Source of the DNA: Myxococcota bacterium
GTDB taxonomy: Bacteria; Myxococcota; UBA4151
Assembly: GCA_036338695.1 (NCBI GenBank)
Contig: JAYZBQ010000012.1
Span: 1 to 51,043, forward strand
Reading direction: 5' to 3'
DNA length: 51,043 nucleotides
Position numbers and translations under genes: made by a program. Shown here piece after piece: positions 1 through 8,372 of this stretch. The first letter of the stretch is position 1. Each line of letters starts with the position of its first letter. The notes under the pieces are model-generated. The model worked only from the letters and a program-made list of their open reading frames with translations. It was not told the origin of the DNA and searched no databases.

Positions 1-177
1 GTCGCTGACTGGGATAACGACCACCGCCTGCACAGCGTGGTCTGTGTCGATTCGAGCTCCCCTCTCGACGCCAGGCCGAGCTGAAGCTTGCCCCCGACTC
101 GCCGTCACCCTTGTTGCTCCACGCGCTGTCCGCTCGCCCCACGGCGCTCATCAGCATCGGTGTAACCGCGGCTCGGT

Positions 178-357
178 TCAGGGCAGGGCCTTGGCCAGCT
201 TCACAAAGCTCTTCGGCATCTCAGTCATCGAATAGCCTCGACCGAGGTAGAGTTGTTGAAGCTTTGTGTTGTTCTCTTCGGTGTAGGTCGCCGCGACGGA
301 CAGGCCCTGCTCGAGCATCCACCGTTCTCCCGTCGCCAACAGGCGAATGGCCACGTG
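178..357 (-). pseudogene. C-terminal fragment of a GNAT acetyltransferase
   Basis: Translation VAIRLLATGERWMLEQGLSVAATYTEENNTKLQQLYLGRGY resembles the GNAT C-terminal N..(A)..LY..GY/F motif; the N-terminal half is missing, with DUF2200 immediately upstream. Confidence 0.5.
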
Positions 358-385
358 AATGGAGCCTCGGGAGGCACCTGTCCTC

Positions 386-736
386 CTATTCTCTGAGGAT
401 CTTGGCCATGGACTTCCCTTTGGCCAGCTCGTCAATCAGCTTATCCAGGTAACGGATCTCCCGCATCGTCGCCTCTTCGATCTCTTCCACGCGCACCCCG
501 CAGACGACCCCGGTGATCTTCGCCCTCAGGGGGTTCAGCCGGGGGGCCTGGTTGAAGAAGGTCTCGAGGTCTGTCTCCTCGTCCAGGCGCGCCTCGAGTC
601 CCCCCTGATCATACCCAGTCAGCCATTGGACGATCTCATCCACTTCCGCTTTCGTCCGGCCCTTTCGCTCGGCCTTCCCAACGTAGAGGGGATAAATCCT
701 GGCGAAGCTCATGGCGTAGATCTTGTGCTTACTCAT
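386..736 (-). CDS. DUF2200 family protein
   Basis: [42 protein letters not shown]...[15 protein letters not shown]...[15 protein letters not shown] is typical of the family; ATG at 736. Confidence 0.9.
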   Translation of the reverse strand: MSKHKIYAMSFARIYPLYVGKAERKGRTKAEVDEIVQWLTGYDQGGLEARLDEETDLETFFNQAPRLNPLRAKITGVVCGVRVEEIEEATMREIRYLDKLIDELAKGKSMAKILRE

Positions 737-744
737 CGAGACCT

Positions 745-826
745 CTGACTCTTTGAACAAGAGTGTGACCCGTTCCGTACGCCTCTACAATCGAGCCCTG
801 AGCCGGCACAACCGTCCCGGCGCTCC
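745..826 (-). repeat. att-like cassette boundary element (degenerate core)
   Basis: 753-791 matches 5389-5427 at 31/39 positions (ttgaac...agtgtgac.cgttccgta.gc..ct.caat); lies 8 nt upstream of the DUF2200 start. Confidence 0.7.
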
Positions 827-850
827 AGAGGTCGACCCGGCCAACCCGAT

Positions 851-2008
851 TCAGGGGTTGATGGTTGTACCGTTGAGTAGAATCCGCTCCCAGATCCGGA
901 AGCGCTCGGGGCTCAGAGCCTCCAGGTCTTCGAGGCTCCCTTCGACCAGACACTGGGCATAGATCCGTGAGAACTCGGCCATGTCTTCCCATTCGTTGTT
1001 ATTGCCGTACCCGGAGGTGCGGTTGTCGTCGCTGCGAATCGCGTGTCGCCAGATGGGGTTGAGGATGTTGTTCTGAGGTTCAAGGGTGGGAGGGTCGCCG
1101 ATCCGCGTGTACTGCTCGAACGTATGGCCCAGCTCATGAAGCAGGGTGCCCGCGCTCACGGTCTGGGTGTCGATATAGTTCATGCTGCCGTACGCCGCGG
1201 CGCCGCCACCAAAATACGACCCGTGTAGAAACTGAACGCCGTGGCCGAACTCGGTGATGATCTTCAAGCCATACCAGTACTCGACGGGGATCCGCTCCAG
1301 ACGGTCGAGGACGTCCTCAATGTGGGTGTAGGTGATGGGTGGGTCAGCGCTGATGTTCACCTCGAACGTCACCGTGTGGGACTCATAGGCGTTCGCACGG
1401 AGCTCCACGTGATACTTGGTGAGCGCGTGGTCCGCGTTGAGGTCGTAGGTGCAGGTCTCCGCGCCGCAAGCCTCCTCGCTGCAGGTGGCGCAGTCGACGT
1501 CGAAGCAGACGCACTTTTCGCTGTCGGACCAGCTCAGGATCTCCGCGGTTCCGACCTGTGGGAATCCCGCCCAGTCGAGGTCTTGCTTGGGAAGGGAGCT
1601 CGCGATCATGATCGTGCCGATCCCGGTCCAGGCGAAGTCTTCGTCTTCGGGGGTGGTGTCGGTGCCCTCGGGCGGCGGTATGGGGCCCTCTGGCACCTCA
1701 GGATCTACCCAGTCGGGGACCTCCGGCCCGGCATCGGACGCGGCATCGGAAGCGGAGTCGGAAGCGGAGTCGGAAGCGGAGTCGGAAGCGCCATCGGCCG
1801 ACGTGTCGGGCATGTCCGGCACGTCGCTCACCGAAGCGTCTACCGCGCCGCCGGCGTCTTCCAGGGCATCGTCCGCGCTCATGTCCGATGACACATCGTC
1901 CGCCGAGAAGGCGTCGGTCTCAGGTGCTGATTCGGGAGAAGGATCCGAACAGCCGAACAGCAGGAAGGCCAGAGAGATCAGATAAGGAGCCAATCGTGCA
2001 CAATTCAT
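851..2008 (-). CDS. Lipoprotein with zincin-like metallopeptidase domain
   Basis: Lipobox LFGC, acidic D/S/A linker, LLHELGH (HExxH) followed by YG..N..EDMAE; ATG at 2008 (TTG 2017 is an alternative start). Confidence 0.7.
   Translation of the reverse strand: MNCARLAPYLISLAFLLFGCSDPSPESAPETDAFSADDVSSDMSADDALEDAGGAVDASVSDVPDMPDTSADGASDSASDSASDSASDAASDAGPEVPDWVDPEVPEGPIPPPEGTDTTPEDEDFAWTGIGTIMIASSLPKQDLDWAGFPQVGTAEILSWSDSEKCVCFDVDCATCSEEACGAETCTYDLNADHALTKYHVELRANAYESHTVTFEVNISADPPITYTHIEDVLDRLERIPVEYWYGLKIITEFGHGVQFLHGSYFGGGAAAYGSMNYIDTQTVSAGTLLHELGHTFEQYTRIGDPPTLEPQNNILNPIWRHAIRSDDNRTSGYGNNNEWEDMAEFSRIYAQCLVEGSLEDLEALSPERFRIWERILLNGTTINP
1746..1790. repeat. 12-bp coding tandem repeat (tcggaagcggag, ~3.75 copies; SDSA)
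   Basis: Read directly; lies in the linker of the lipoprotein. Confidence 0.9.
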
Positions 2009-2056
2009 GGGAGCCAACCTAGCATTCAGTGCTCCTCACGCAAGGCGTCCGCCGGT

Positions 2057-2653
2057 TCATTTGCGGACAGAGGCCCCTTCAGACAGTCCCGCCTGACGGG
2101 CTTCCCAGTCAGGCCGCGTGATGGCGAGCAGCCACTCGTCAATCCAGGTTCCCTGCTTGAACACGCATCGTCGAAGGGTGCCTTCACACACGAACCCGAG
2201 CTTCTCCATCACGCGCCGAGAACCGTCATTGCCGACGAACGCCTTACCGAACACCCGCTCCGCGCCACGCTGACCAAAGGCCTCATCGACCAGGGCGCCA
2301 AGCGCTTCGGTTGCGTAGCCTTTCCCATGGGAATCAACGGCGAAAGCGAAGCCAAGATCGACCATTTGAGGGTCGCGCTCCACCGGACACAGACTGGCGC
2401 CACCAATGTATCTGCCCGATGTTCGCTCAATGACGGCGGTGTTCAGATTGAGACGGTAGTCCAATGGGTCGCACGAGGCGCTTTGCGCCCACCAATCGTG
2501 AAGCTCCTGGACTCCGGATGGACCATCCCACAGAAGGGTGTCGAAGATATTCGTGCCGATGATGGAGTGATAGAAGCCGTCGACCTGTTCAGGGGTAGGC
2601 CAGGTCAGCAGGAGACGTTCGGTCTCGATCAGAGGTGGCCGAAGTTCAGACAT
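2057..2653 (-). CDS. GNAT family N-acetyltransferase (RimJ/RimL-like)
   Basis: IETERLLL, HGKGYATEAL, GNDGSRRVMEKLGF.CEG motifs; ATG at 2653 chosen so the gene starts after the boundary core. Confidence 0.9.
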   Translation of the reverse strand: MSELRPPLIETERLLLTWPTPEQVDGFYHSIIGTNIFDTLLWDGPSGVQELHDWWAQSASCDPLDYRLNLNTAVIERTSGRYIGGASLCPVERDPQMVDLGFAFAVDSHGKGYATEALGALVDEAFGQRGAERVFGKAFVGNDGSRRVMEKLGFVCEGTLRRCVFKQGTWIDEWLLAITRPDWEARQAGLSEGASVRK

Positions 2654-2677
2654 CCTTAGACTCCTCAATGGGTCCGG

Positions 2678-2760
2678 GTCTCCTATTGAACCGTTGCTCA
2701 AGAACGACTCCAACGGCTTGTCCTTGCCTGTTGTGACGGCCGGTGTCTCCGTTTGTCACG
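2678..2760 (-). repeat. att-like cassette boundary element
   Basis: Partial core gtctcctATTGAACCG (2678-2693); CAAcggcTTG at 2711; arm TGTCTCCgttTGTCACG (2744-2760) containing the protease stop codon. Confidence 0.75.
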
Positions 2761-3697
2761 ATGTCTGCGCCAATGGCGCGATCGCCACCGCCAGGGGTTC
2801 TTTGAGGTGATGAACGTCTACGCATCTCCGATACCTGTATGGGTGATCTGGATAGAGGTCCTGGGAGCCACCGCCCCGGTAAATGCCCACCAGCTGCCCG
2901 TCGTCATTGAGCAACGCCGAACCACTTGAACCAAGCACAGCGTCCCCATCGGAGAACCACTCCCGCTGTCCTGCTCCTGCAATGACGAGGCCTGGGGAGT
3001 ATCTCAATTCGTGATTTGCTTCTTCAAACCCGAGGAACTCTCGCTCGGATTTCGACCTAAATGACCGATGTGGGTACCCCCATTGCCACACTCTTTCGTG
3101 GAGGGGTGGAGCGCTCCCGGTGATGGCGACCGGCGCGATGTGATCCGTGGGCTCTATCTTGAGGACCGCGAGGTCGAGCTCGGGGTCGACATAGCAGACT
3201 CGGACAGGACCGAGGTCATCTCTGTTGTCCGTGAGAATCCGCAGATGCGGAGCGGGCACCCCCTCGGTGTCAAAGCTTCGCGCGGGTATCCCGTGGGTCT
3301 TCTGGGGACCGGTCACGAGATGATGGTTGGTGAGCAGATAACCACTGCGGGAGACCAACGTCGCTGTGCCAAAACCCGTCAGCTCCGTTTGGTAGGGAAG
3401 CGTTCCGCCGTTGGCGAGATGAAGCACCAATTCGTGGCAAAAGCCTCTCGCCCAGTCGGGTCCTGGAATCTGGAGGTCAAGGTCGTCGATTTCCGGACGG
3501 GTCCACCCACAACGTACGGTCTCGACCCCGGAACCATCGACCTCGAAGCCACTCCACTGTCGGGCATCCTCAGGGCTGTCGAAGAGGCGATGGTGGAGCT
3601 TTCGACCCGTGTCCAGCCGGAGCACGGATGCCGTCGCTGCCAGAACCTCTGCCGGGACCGCCGAATTTTTCTGTGCTGAGAAGAAGCCAGTGCCCAT
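2756..3697 (-). CDS. Trypsin-like serine protease (S1)
   Basis: Triad motifs LLTNHHLV, LDLAVLK and GSSGSALL...GQLVGI. Confidence 0.85.
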   Translation of the reverse strand: MGTGFFSAQKNSAVPAEVLAATASVLRLDTGRKLHHRLFDSPEDARQWSGFEVDGSGVETVRCGWTRPEIDDLDLQIPGPDWARGFCHELVLHLANGGTLPYQTELTGFGTATLVSRSGYLLTNHHLVTGPQKTHGIPARSFDTEGVPAPHLRILTDNRDDLGPVRVCYVDPELDLAVLKIEPTDHIAPVAITGSAPPLHERVWQWGYPHRSFRSKSEREFLGFEEANHELRYSPGLVIAGAGQREWFSDGDAVLGSSGSALLNDDGQLVGIYRGGGSQDLYPDHPYRYRRCVDVHHLKEPLAVAIAPLAQTS

Positions 3698-3703
3698 GGG
3701 TCA

Positions 3704-3787
3704 CCTGAACATTGAGCCGAAAGGTAATCTGCTGGGTGAGGATCGGTAAGAACACGACTGTAGAAGTCACTCCCGCCCCTCGTCGCC
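3704..3787 (-). repeat. att-like cassette boundary element
   Basis: Core cctgaACATTGAGCCG (3704-3719); 44/56 identity to 6291-6346; CGTCGCC at +77 (3781). Confidence 0.85.
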
Positions 3788-3839
3788 GGACTTCCGTTGG
3801 AGAAGGAGAACCTCACGGGCGGCGACCTTAATCTATTGC

Positions 3840-3863
3840 GAAACGCTTGATATCAACAACTCG
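3840..3863. promoter_or_regulatory. Overlapping inverted pair of IHF-like sites
   Basis: gAAacgcTTGATA and TATCAAcaacTcG each differ by one base from the IHF consensus WATCAANNNNTTR. Confidence 0.35.
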
Positions 3864-4095
3864 GTGGCGAATGGGTCCATTGCCGGAGACATGGGCCTCT
3901 CGACAGGTCTCCCGGTCCATTGATTTCCGAGATCCCGAAAGAGGTGTGAGGGGCTTCTGAGGGTGTGGCGGGTAGAGAGAGCAGCGGCCTGGCGGCTCTA
4001 ACTCCCTAAAATTCGACACGATTGGGGCGCCAGCTATCCTCAATTCCAGATTTCGACCGTCTGTCGAAGTCCTGGATCGGGCTACGGAGGGAGCG

Positions 4096-4500
4096 ATGAA
4101 CACAAAGAATATACTCACGCTGATGGGTGTCGTTGTTGGACTGCAGGGCATCGGCATTTTTGCTGGAGCTGAGCCCATTACAACCGAGGCCTTCGCTGCG
4201 CTGAAGCCCGACGCTGTCGGCATCCAGATTGGAGCCATGCTACATGAGGCGATGGGCGTCATGATGCTCATGGTTGGCATCATTCTGTTGTTCGCCCGGA
4301 GTCTGGAGCCCGCCGCCGGCGCCCGGGTTCTGATGGGCGCGTCCATCGGCATCACGCTGACGGTCGGTCAGGGCTTCTACCACATGTTCACCACCGTGGT
4401 TGCGCCCCCGCTTCCTGTGCTCCTGCTGACGAGCGCGATGGCGGTGCTCGGCTTCGTGACAGCTGCAAAGGCAAAAGGCAGCGCAGAGGCCGCTGAGTAG
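4096..4500 (+). CDS. Small integral membrane protein (about 4 TM), unknown function
   Basis: 134-aa ORF with four hydrophobic segments; SD ggaggg upstream. Confidence 0.8.
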   Translation: MNTKNILTLMGVVVGLQGIGIFAGAEPITTEAFAALKPDAVGIQIGAMLHEAMGVMMLMVGIILLFARSLEPAAGARVLMGASIGITLTVGQGFYHMFTTVVAPPLPVLLLTSAMAVLGFVTAAKAKGSAEAAE

Positions 4501-4516
4501 AGGAGCGCATCGCCCA

Positions 4517-4537
4517 CGTTCCCTCTGAAGGGGAACG
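4517..4537. terminator. Hairpin between convergent genes
   Basis: cgttccc-tctgaag-gggaacg stem-loop; no U-tract. Confidence 0.35.
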
Positions 4538-4602
4538 CCGTCCGGGTCTCTGAAGCTCGACCACAGGATTATCCAGGTGTCGGCTTGCGGTCCCCCCGTT
4601 GG

Positions 4603-5370
4603 TTAACGCTTTTCCCAGGTCGAATTAACAGGCCCTCGGATAGCCAGCACTGTGACCACGCCGTCATGATTGTTCGAGTCCAGCGCCAGGTCTTCATCCA
4701 AAGTGCGGGTGGAGTAGGTCCAGTCTGTCGGAGCGGTGAAATAGGCCAGGGCGTCTTCGGATTGAAAATCAGCGCCCTCCAAATCATCGGTGTCGACATG
4801 GTGCGCAAAGAGCACGAATACATTGCCCTCGGGGTCCGTGAGCTCATGGACCCGCATACCGGTGGTAAAGACCAGGAGGGTATCCCGTTGAACCTGCACT
4901 TCAGCCACGATACCGGCGGGCCCATGTTCTACGAGCCGCCCGGAGTGGTTGATGGCGATGAGCCGGTACTCGTCACCTGGCACGTCATCCAAGAAGTTCA
5001 CGCTATCGCTATGGCCCTCAACGACAGGGTAGCTTCTCAAGGTGGAGTGTTGCTCGGAGAAGACCGCCACCTGAGCAGGCCCCTTGGTCCAGCCCTCCGG
5101 AGGGTCGATACTCGCCCACTGCTCAAAGGTGCACTCGGGGCATTCATAAGCCAATGATGCAAAGGGATTCTCGCCGATCTGCTTGATCATCTTATGGGTG
5201 AAGACCGAGCCGCTCTCCGCCGGTTCCATCGATGCATCGGCTTCAGTCGCAGGTCCTGTATCCGCTTGGGGGGCGTCTCCCGCTCCATCGCCGCTTTCGC
5301 AGCCCAGAAGAAGCGTCATCAAGAGAGTCAGGCCAAGGGCCCAGATAGGTTTCATACGTGTATCTTTCAT
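4603..5370 (-). CDS. Hypothetical lipoprotein
   Basis: Signal peptide with lipobox LLGC, acidic linker, then a globular domain; starts 10 nt after core 5381. Confidence 0.8.
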   Translation of the reverse strand: MKDTRMKPIWALGLTLLMTLLLGCESGDGAGDAPQADTGPATEADASMEPAESGSVFTHKMIKQIGENPFASLAYECPECTFEQWASIDPPEGWTKGPAQVAVFSEQHSTLRSYPVVEGHSDSVNFLDDVPGDEYRLIAINHSGRLVEHGPAGIVAEVQVQRDTLLVFTTGMRVHELTDPEGNVFVLFAHHVDTDDLEGADFQSEDALAYFTAPTDWTYSTRTLDEDLALDSNNHDGVVTVLAIRGPVNSTWEKR

Positions 5371-5380
5371 TGTGAGGTGG

Positions 5381-5465
5381 TCTATACGTTGAACCGCAGT
5401 GTGACGCGTTCCGTAAGCGCCTGCAATGACGACGCTTCTTGAACCCTGGCCCCGCGGGTGCTCCC
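5381..5465 (-). repeat. att-like cassette boundary element
   Basis: Core TCTATACGTTGAACCG reads CGG TTC AAC GTA TAG (RFNV*) on the minus strand; GTAA at +32; variant arm TGCTCCC at 5459. Confidence 0.9.
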
Positions 5466-5496
5466 GTTTTTTTCGGACGTTTCCGTTCTCGGAAGG

Positions 5497-6282
5497 CTAC
5501 GGGCCGGTTGACGATGCCGTCAGCCGCGCTCGAAACGCCTGGAGTCCAAGGCGTTTCCTCTCGAATCTCTCTTTGCTCGCCTCGTCCGTCGTGTTCGCGG
5601 CCTGCTGGGCGGCCCACTCAATGGCACGAAGAAACACCGCATCGGCTCCTTTCGGATATCGAAAGGGGCTGGGCGCATTGGCAAACACGGCTTCTTTTTC
5701 CTCATGGGAGAAAGGCTGGCGTTTGAACCCGTTCTTTTCGTACCGAGCTCGAAACTCGAGAAGATGGGAGAACCCGGTAAGGACGAGGACCTGCCCCGAC
5801 TGTGGGAGGACGGACAGCAGGTTTTCGAACATTTTGTCGTCCCGGTCATCGTTTGTTCGCCGACCCAGGTCCAGTCCCGCAGGCGTCCACCAGTCGATTC
5901 CAGCGACCGGGATGCCGACCTGTTGTGCGACAAGCGTGGCAATGGGCATTTCCACCGGTCCAGAGGCCGGGTTCTTTCGCTCCATTTCGCCGGGTTGAAC
6001 CTCGACGACCAGCAAGGTGGGTCTGAGATTCTCGATGACCGCTTGAAGGTGACCGAGACCAAATCCAGGCGTCTCTAAATGCTGTCCGTGGATTGTCCCG
6101 AGATGGTAGACCGTAGCGCCCGTGGACGCCGTGTACTTGTCAAAGGCCGCATTTCTGGTGGCCTCAGGAGCCAGCTTGTATCCGACAAAGTATCGCACCT
6201 CTGTCACGGCCATGCTGAAAACGACGAGCGCAATCAGGGCCAAGGCCACGTATTTCATCACGGTCTTTATGGGGAACCTCAT
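5497..6282 (-). CDS. Exported or membrane-anchored TraB/GumN-like protein
   Basis: N-terminal TM; LGTIH, VE, RDDKM.EN and VLVLTG.SH pattern of the TraB/GumN(TIKI)/EreA superfamily. Confidence 0.6.
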   Translation of the reverse strand: MRFPIKTVMKYVALALIALVVFSMAVTEVRYFVGYKLAPEATRNAAFDKYTASTGATVYHLGTIHGQHLETPGFGLGHLQAVIENLRPTLLVVEVQPGEMERKNPASGPVEMPIATLVAQQVGIPVAGIDWWTPAGLDLGRRTNDDRDDKMFENLLSVLPQSGQVLVLTGFSHLLEFRARYEKNGFKRQPFSHEEKEAVFANAPSPFRYPKGADAVFLRAIEWAAQQAANTTDEASKERFERKRLGLQAFRARLTASSTGP

Positions 6283-6290
6283 TGGCTCGA

Positions 6291-6374
6291 TCTAAACGTT
6301 GAACCGAAATGTAATCTGCTTGGTAACCATCGGTAAACCCACGACTTTCAAAACCGAAGTCACCGTTTGTCACC
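6291..6374 (-). repeat. att-like cassette boundary element
   Basis: Core TCTAAACGTTGAACCG with adjacent bases reads TTT CGG TTC AAC GTT TAG (FRFNV*); GTAA at +32; arm AGTCACCgttTGTCACC (6358-6374) containing the GNAT stop codon. Confidence 0.9.
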
Positions 6375-6986
6375 GCATTTCCGCTGGAACACGCTTGGCC
6401 ATGAAGAGCGTAAGATTTCGAACAGAACAACATCCTCATAGGCCCCGGTTGCGTCCTCTTGAAAACCGTTTGGTGTGATGCCTGTCATCGAGAAGCCGAT
6501 CTTTTCGTATAGTCGTCTCGCGGCTTGATTTCGGGCCAATGTGTCCAACTCGATCTTGTGTACAGCCAAGTGCTCAAATACATACGAGATGAAGCCATCA
6601 AGAGCCGCACTGGCATAGCCCTTACGCAGCGCATTTTGCTCGCAAATCTTGATGCCGATGGAGACCTTCCCATTGACCTTGTCCCAGCCTGAGTAATTCA
6701 ATTCGCCGATGGGCATCGTCGGTTTTACAGCCTCTATGATAAATCGTCGCTCCGCTCGGAATTCGTTATCGCTCCCCGTGGAGGCTGCGACGATCTTCTC
6801 CACCTCTATTTGGCTGAGGTTCAAACCATTGGGAAAACCGACGTGGGTCATGACATCGGGGTTGTTCCACCATCGATGGAGCAATGAGGTGTCGGCACTG
6901 GTGAGACCGCGAATAATGAGACCACCACTGCCCTTTGGCGCCGACGAACGAACAATTATAATAGGGTCGTATTGATCGTTACTCAT
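6360..6986 (-). CDS. GNAT family N-acetyltransferase (RimJ/RimL-like)
   Basis: LIIRGL, RKGYASAAL and NQAARRLYEKIGF motifs. Confidence 0.9.
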   Translation of the reverse strand: MSNDQYDPIIIVRSSAPKGSGGLIIRGLTSADTSLLHRWWNNPDVMTHVGFPNGLNLSQIEVEKIVAASTGSDNEFRAERRFIIEAVKPTMPIGELNYSGWDKVNGKVSIGIKICEQNALRKGYASAALDGFISYVFEHLAVHKIELDTLARNQAARRLYEKIGFSMTGITPNGFQEDATGAYEDVVLFEILRSSWPSVFQRKCGDKR

Positions 6987-7039
6987 GGGGCATAGGACCG
7001 CTTAGTCGTAGCGTGTTCGATCTGTCTCTTTTTCCCTGG

Positions 7040-7123
7040 TCTATACATTGAGCCGATAACTAAACATTGCATGTTATCAACGGTTTACAGCCATTGTCTC
7101 CATTGAACAACGTCTTTGTCGCC
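7040..7123 (-). repeat. att-like cassette boundary element
   Basis: Core TCTATACATTGAGCCG (RLNV*); exact IHF consensus TATCAAcggtTTA at 7075-7087; TGTCTCC at 7095 and TGTCGCC at +77 (7117). Confidence 0.9.
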
Positions 7124-7183
7124 AAAACCACCAGGGGAGTTGGTCATCCAGTAAGGGACCACCAACTCCCCTGGTGGTTTTGG
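7122..7183. repeat. Perfect 23-bp inverted repeat with 16-nt loop
   Basis: ccaaaaccaccaggggagttggt (7122-7144) and accaactcccctggtggttttgg (7161-7183). Confidence 0.95.
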
Positions 7184-7333
7184 GTATCTATTTGAGGAGG
7201 TCGTTGAGCACCGTATCAACGAGCTTCCGCTTCGACCGAGGTGAGAAATCCTGGTCGTGTTTGATGCCCGTCTTAGCCGGGTGTAACCTGATGGCGACGT
7301 ACTTTCGGCTGGGGACGATTGGGGTAGAGAACG

Positions 7334-8074
7334 ATGAAGAAAAGCTATTACGAAGGCCATGAGATCGCCTATCAAAACATCGAAGCAAAGGGTGGTAACG
7401 CCTGGCGGTGTACGGATTTTGATCAGCACCAAATCCGCGACTTCGTGATGGGCGCCCTCGACCGCATCGGCTTTGCTGATGGGACCGGACGACGGTGCCT
7501 CGTGATCGGTGTTGGTACGGGTCCAATGGCATGCGAGCTCGCACGCCTTGGTTTCGAGGTGCATGGCATCGACATCTCTGAAACAGCCATAAAGATGGCC
7601 GATAAGCAGGCGATTGAACGAGGATTGACCATCACGTATCGAGTCGGCGACATCTGCAAAGACGACCTTGGTACTGAACGCTACGACCTCATTTTAGACA
7701 GCCACTGCATGCATTGCATCGTCACGGACACCCATCGAGAGGCCGCGTTCACCGCCGTGCACCGTGCACTCAAGCCCAATGGCTTCATGGTCTTACATAC
7801 CATGTTGCTCGGCACCGCCCACGGGTATTACGGCGGACCTGTCGACGAGGATGGCATCCTCTGGATGAAACTGAATGAGCAAACCGGTTATGAGTATGTC
7901 GAGGCGGTGCAGCGTGAAGATGGGTGGTATGCGCCAACCCGACGACTCATCAAGGACGAAGACACCCTGAATCGCAGTCTAAATCAGTTCGGCTTTACCG
8001 TTACCTGGAGTCAAACAGTCCATGAGGCGTCAACCGGCCTAAACGACTACGAAGGCATCTGCCAGCGCGGATGA
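7334..8074 (+). CDS. Class I SAM-dependent methyltransferase
   Basis: LVIGVGTG motif I, GIDISE, GDI, YDLILDSHCMH, RALKPNG. Confidence 0.9.
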   Translation: MKKSYYEGHEIAYQNIEAKGGNAWRCTDFDQHQIRDFVMGALDRIGFADGTGRRCLVIGVGTGPMACELARLGFEVHGIDISETAIKMADKQAIERGLTITYRVGDICKDDLGTERYDLILDSHCMHCIVTDTHREAAFTAVHRALKPNGFMVLHTMLLGTAHGYYGGPVDEDGILWMKLNEQTGYEYVEAVQREDGWYAPTRRLIKDEDTLNRSLNQFGFTVTWSQTVHEASTGLNDYEGICQRG

Positions 8075-8288
8075 CAGCTCTGCCCGCAGTACTCGCGGCG
8101 TCTGATCCACCGCAGCTCGGACCCGGCGCTGAAAAGCGAAGCTTCAATACGAGGGATCAAGCTCTCGTGGCTTGATGCGTTCTATTTTTCGCTGTCCCCA
8201 GATTGTCGCCATCTTGAGGGCGATTGGGAGCCGATTTTGACGCAGGTGTTCGGCCTGATTGGTTGAAATGACGTGCTCAGGCAAGGGT

Positions 8289-8372
8289 TCTACACGTTGA
8301 GCCGTAGTTTCATCATGCTCGTAACTTGCTATGATTACTGCTTATCACAAGCCATCGCCCCCGTTTGTCACC
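8289..8372 (-). repeat. att-like cassette boundary element
   Basis: Core TCTACACGTTGAGCCG (RLNV*); GTAA at +32; TGTCACC at +77 (8366) containing the peptidase E stop codon. Confidence 0.9.

Noticed and set aside
4511..4606. Additional boundary element between the convergent genes
   Set aside because: Only acgtt and a vague arm-like ggtccccccgttgg are present, at the wrong spacing; not supportable.
7040..7090. dif/pdif (XerCD) sites as cassette boundaries
   Set aside because: No match to the 11-6-11 dif layout or the XerD arm TTATGTTAAAT; the cores match ychF instead.
7188..7544. 118-aa minus-strand ORF or gene remnant
   Set aside because: Mostly antisense to the methyltransferase, with no recognisable family.
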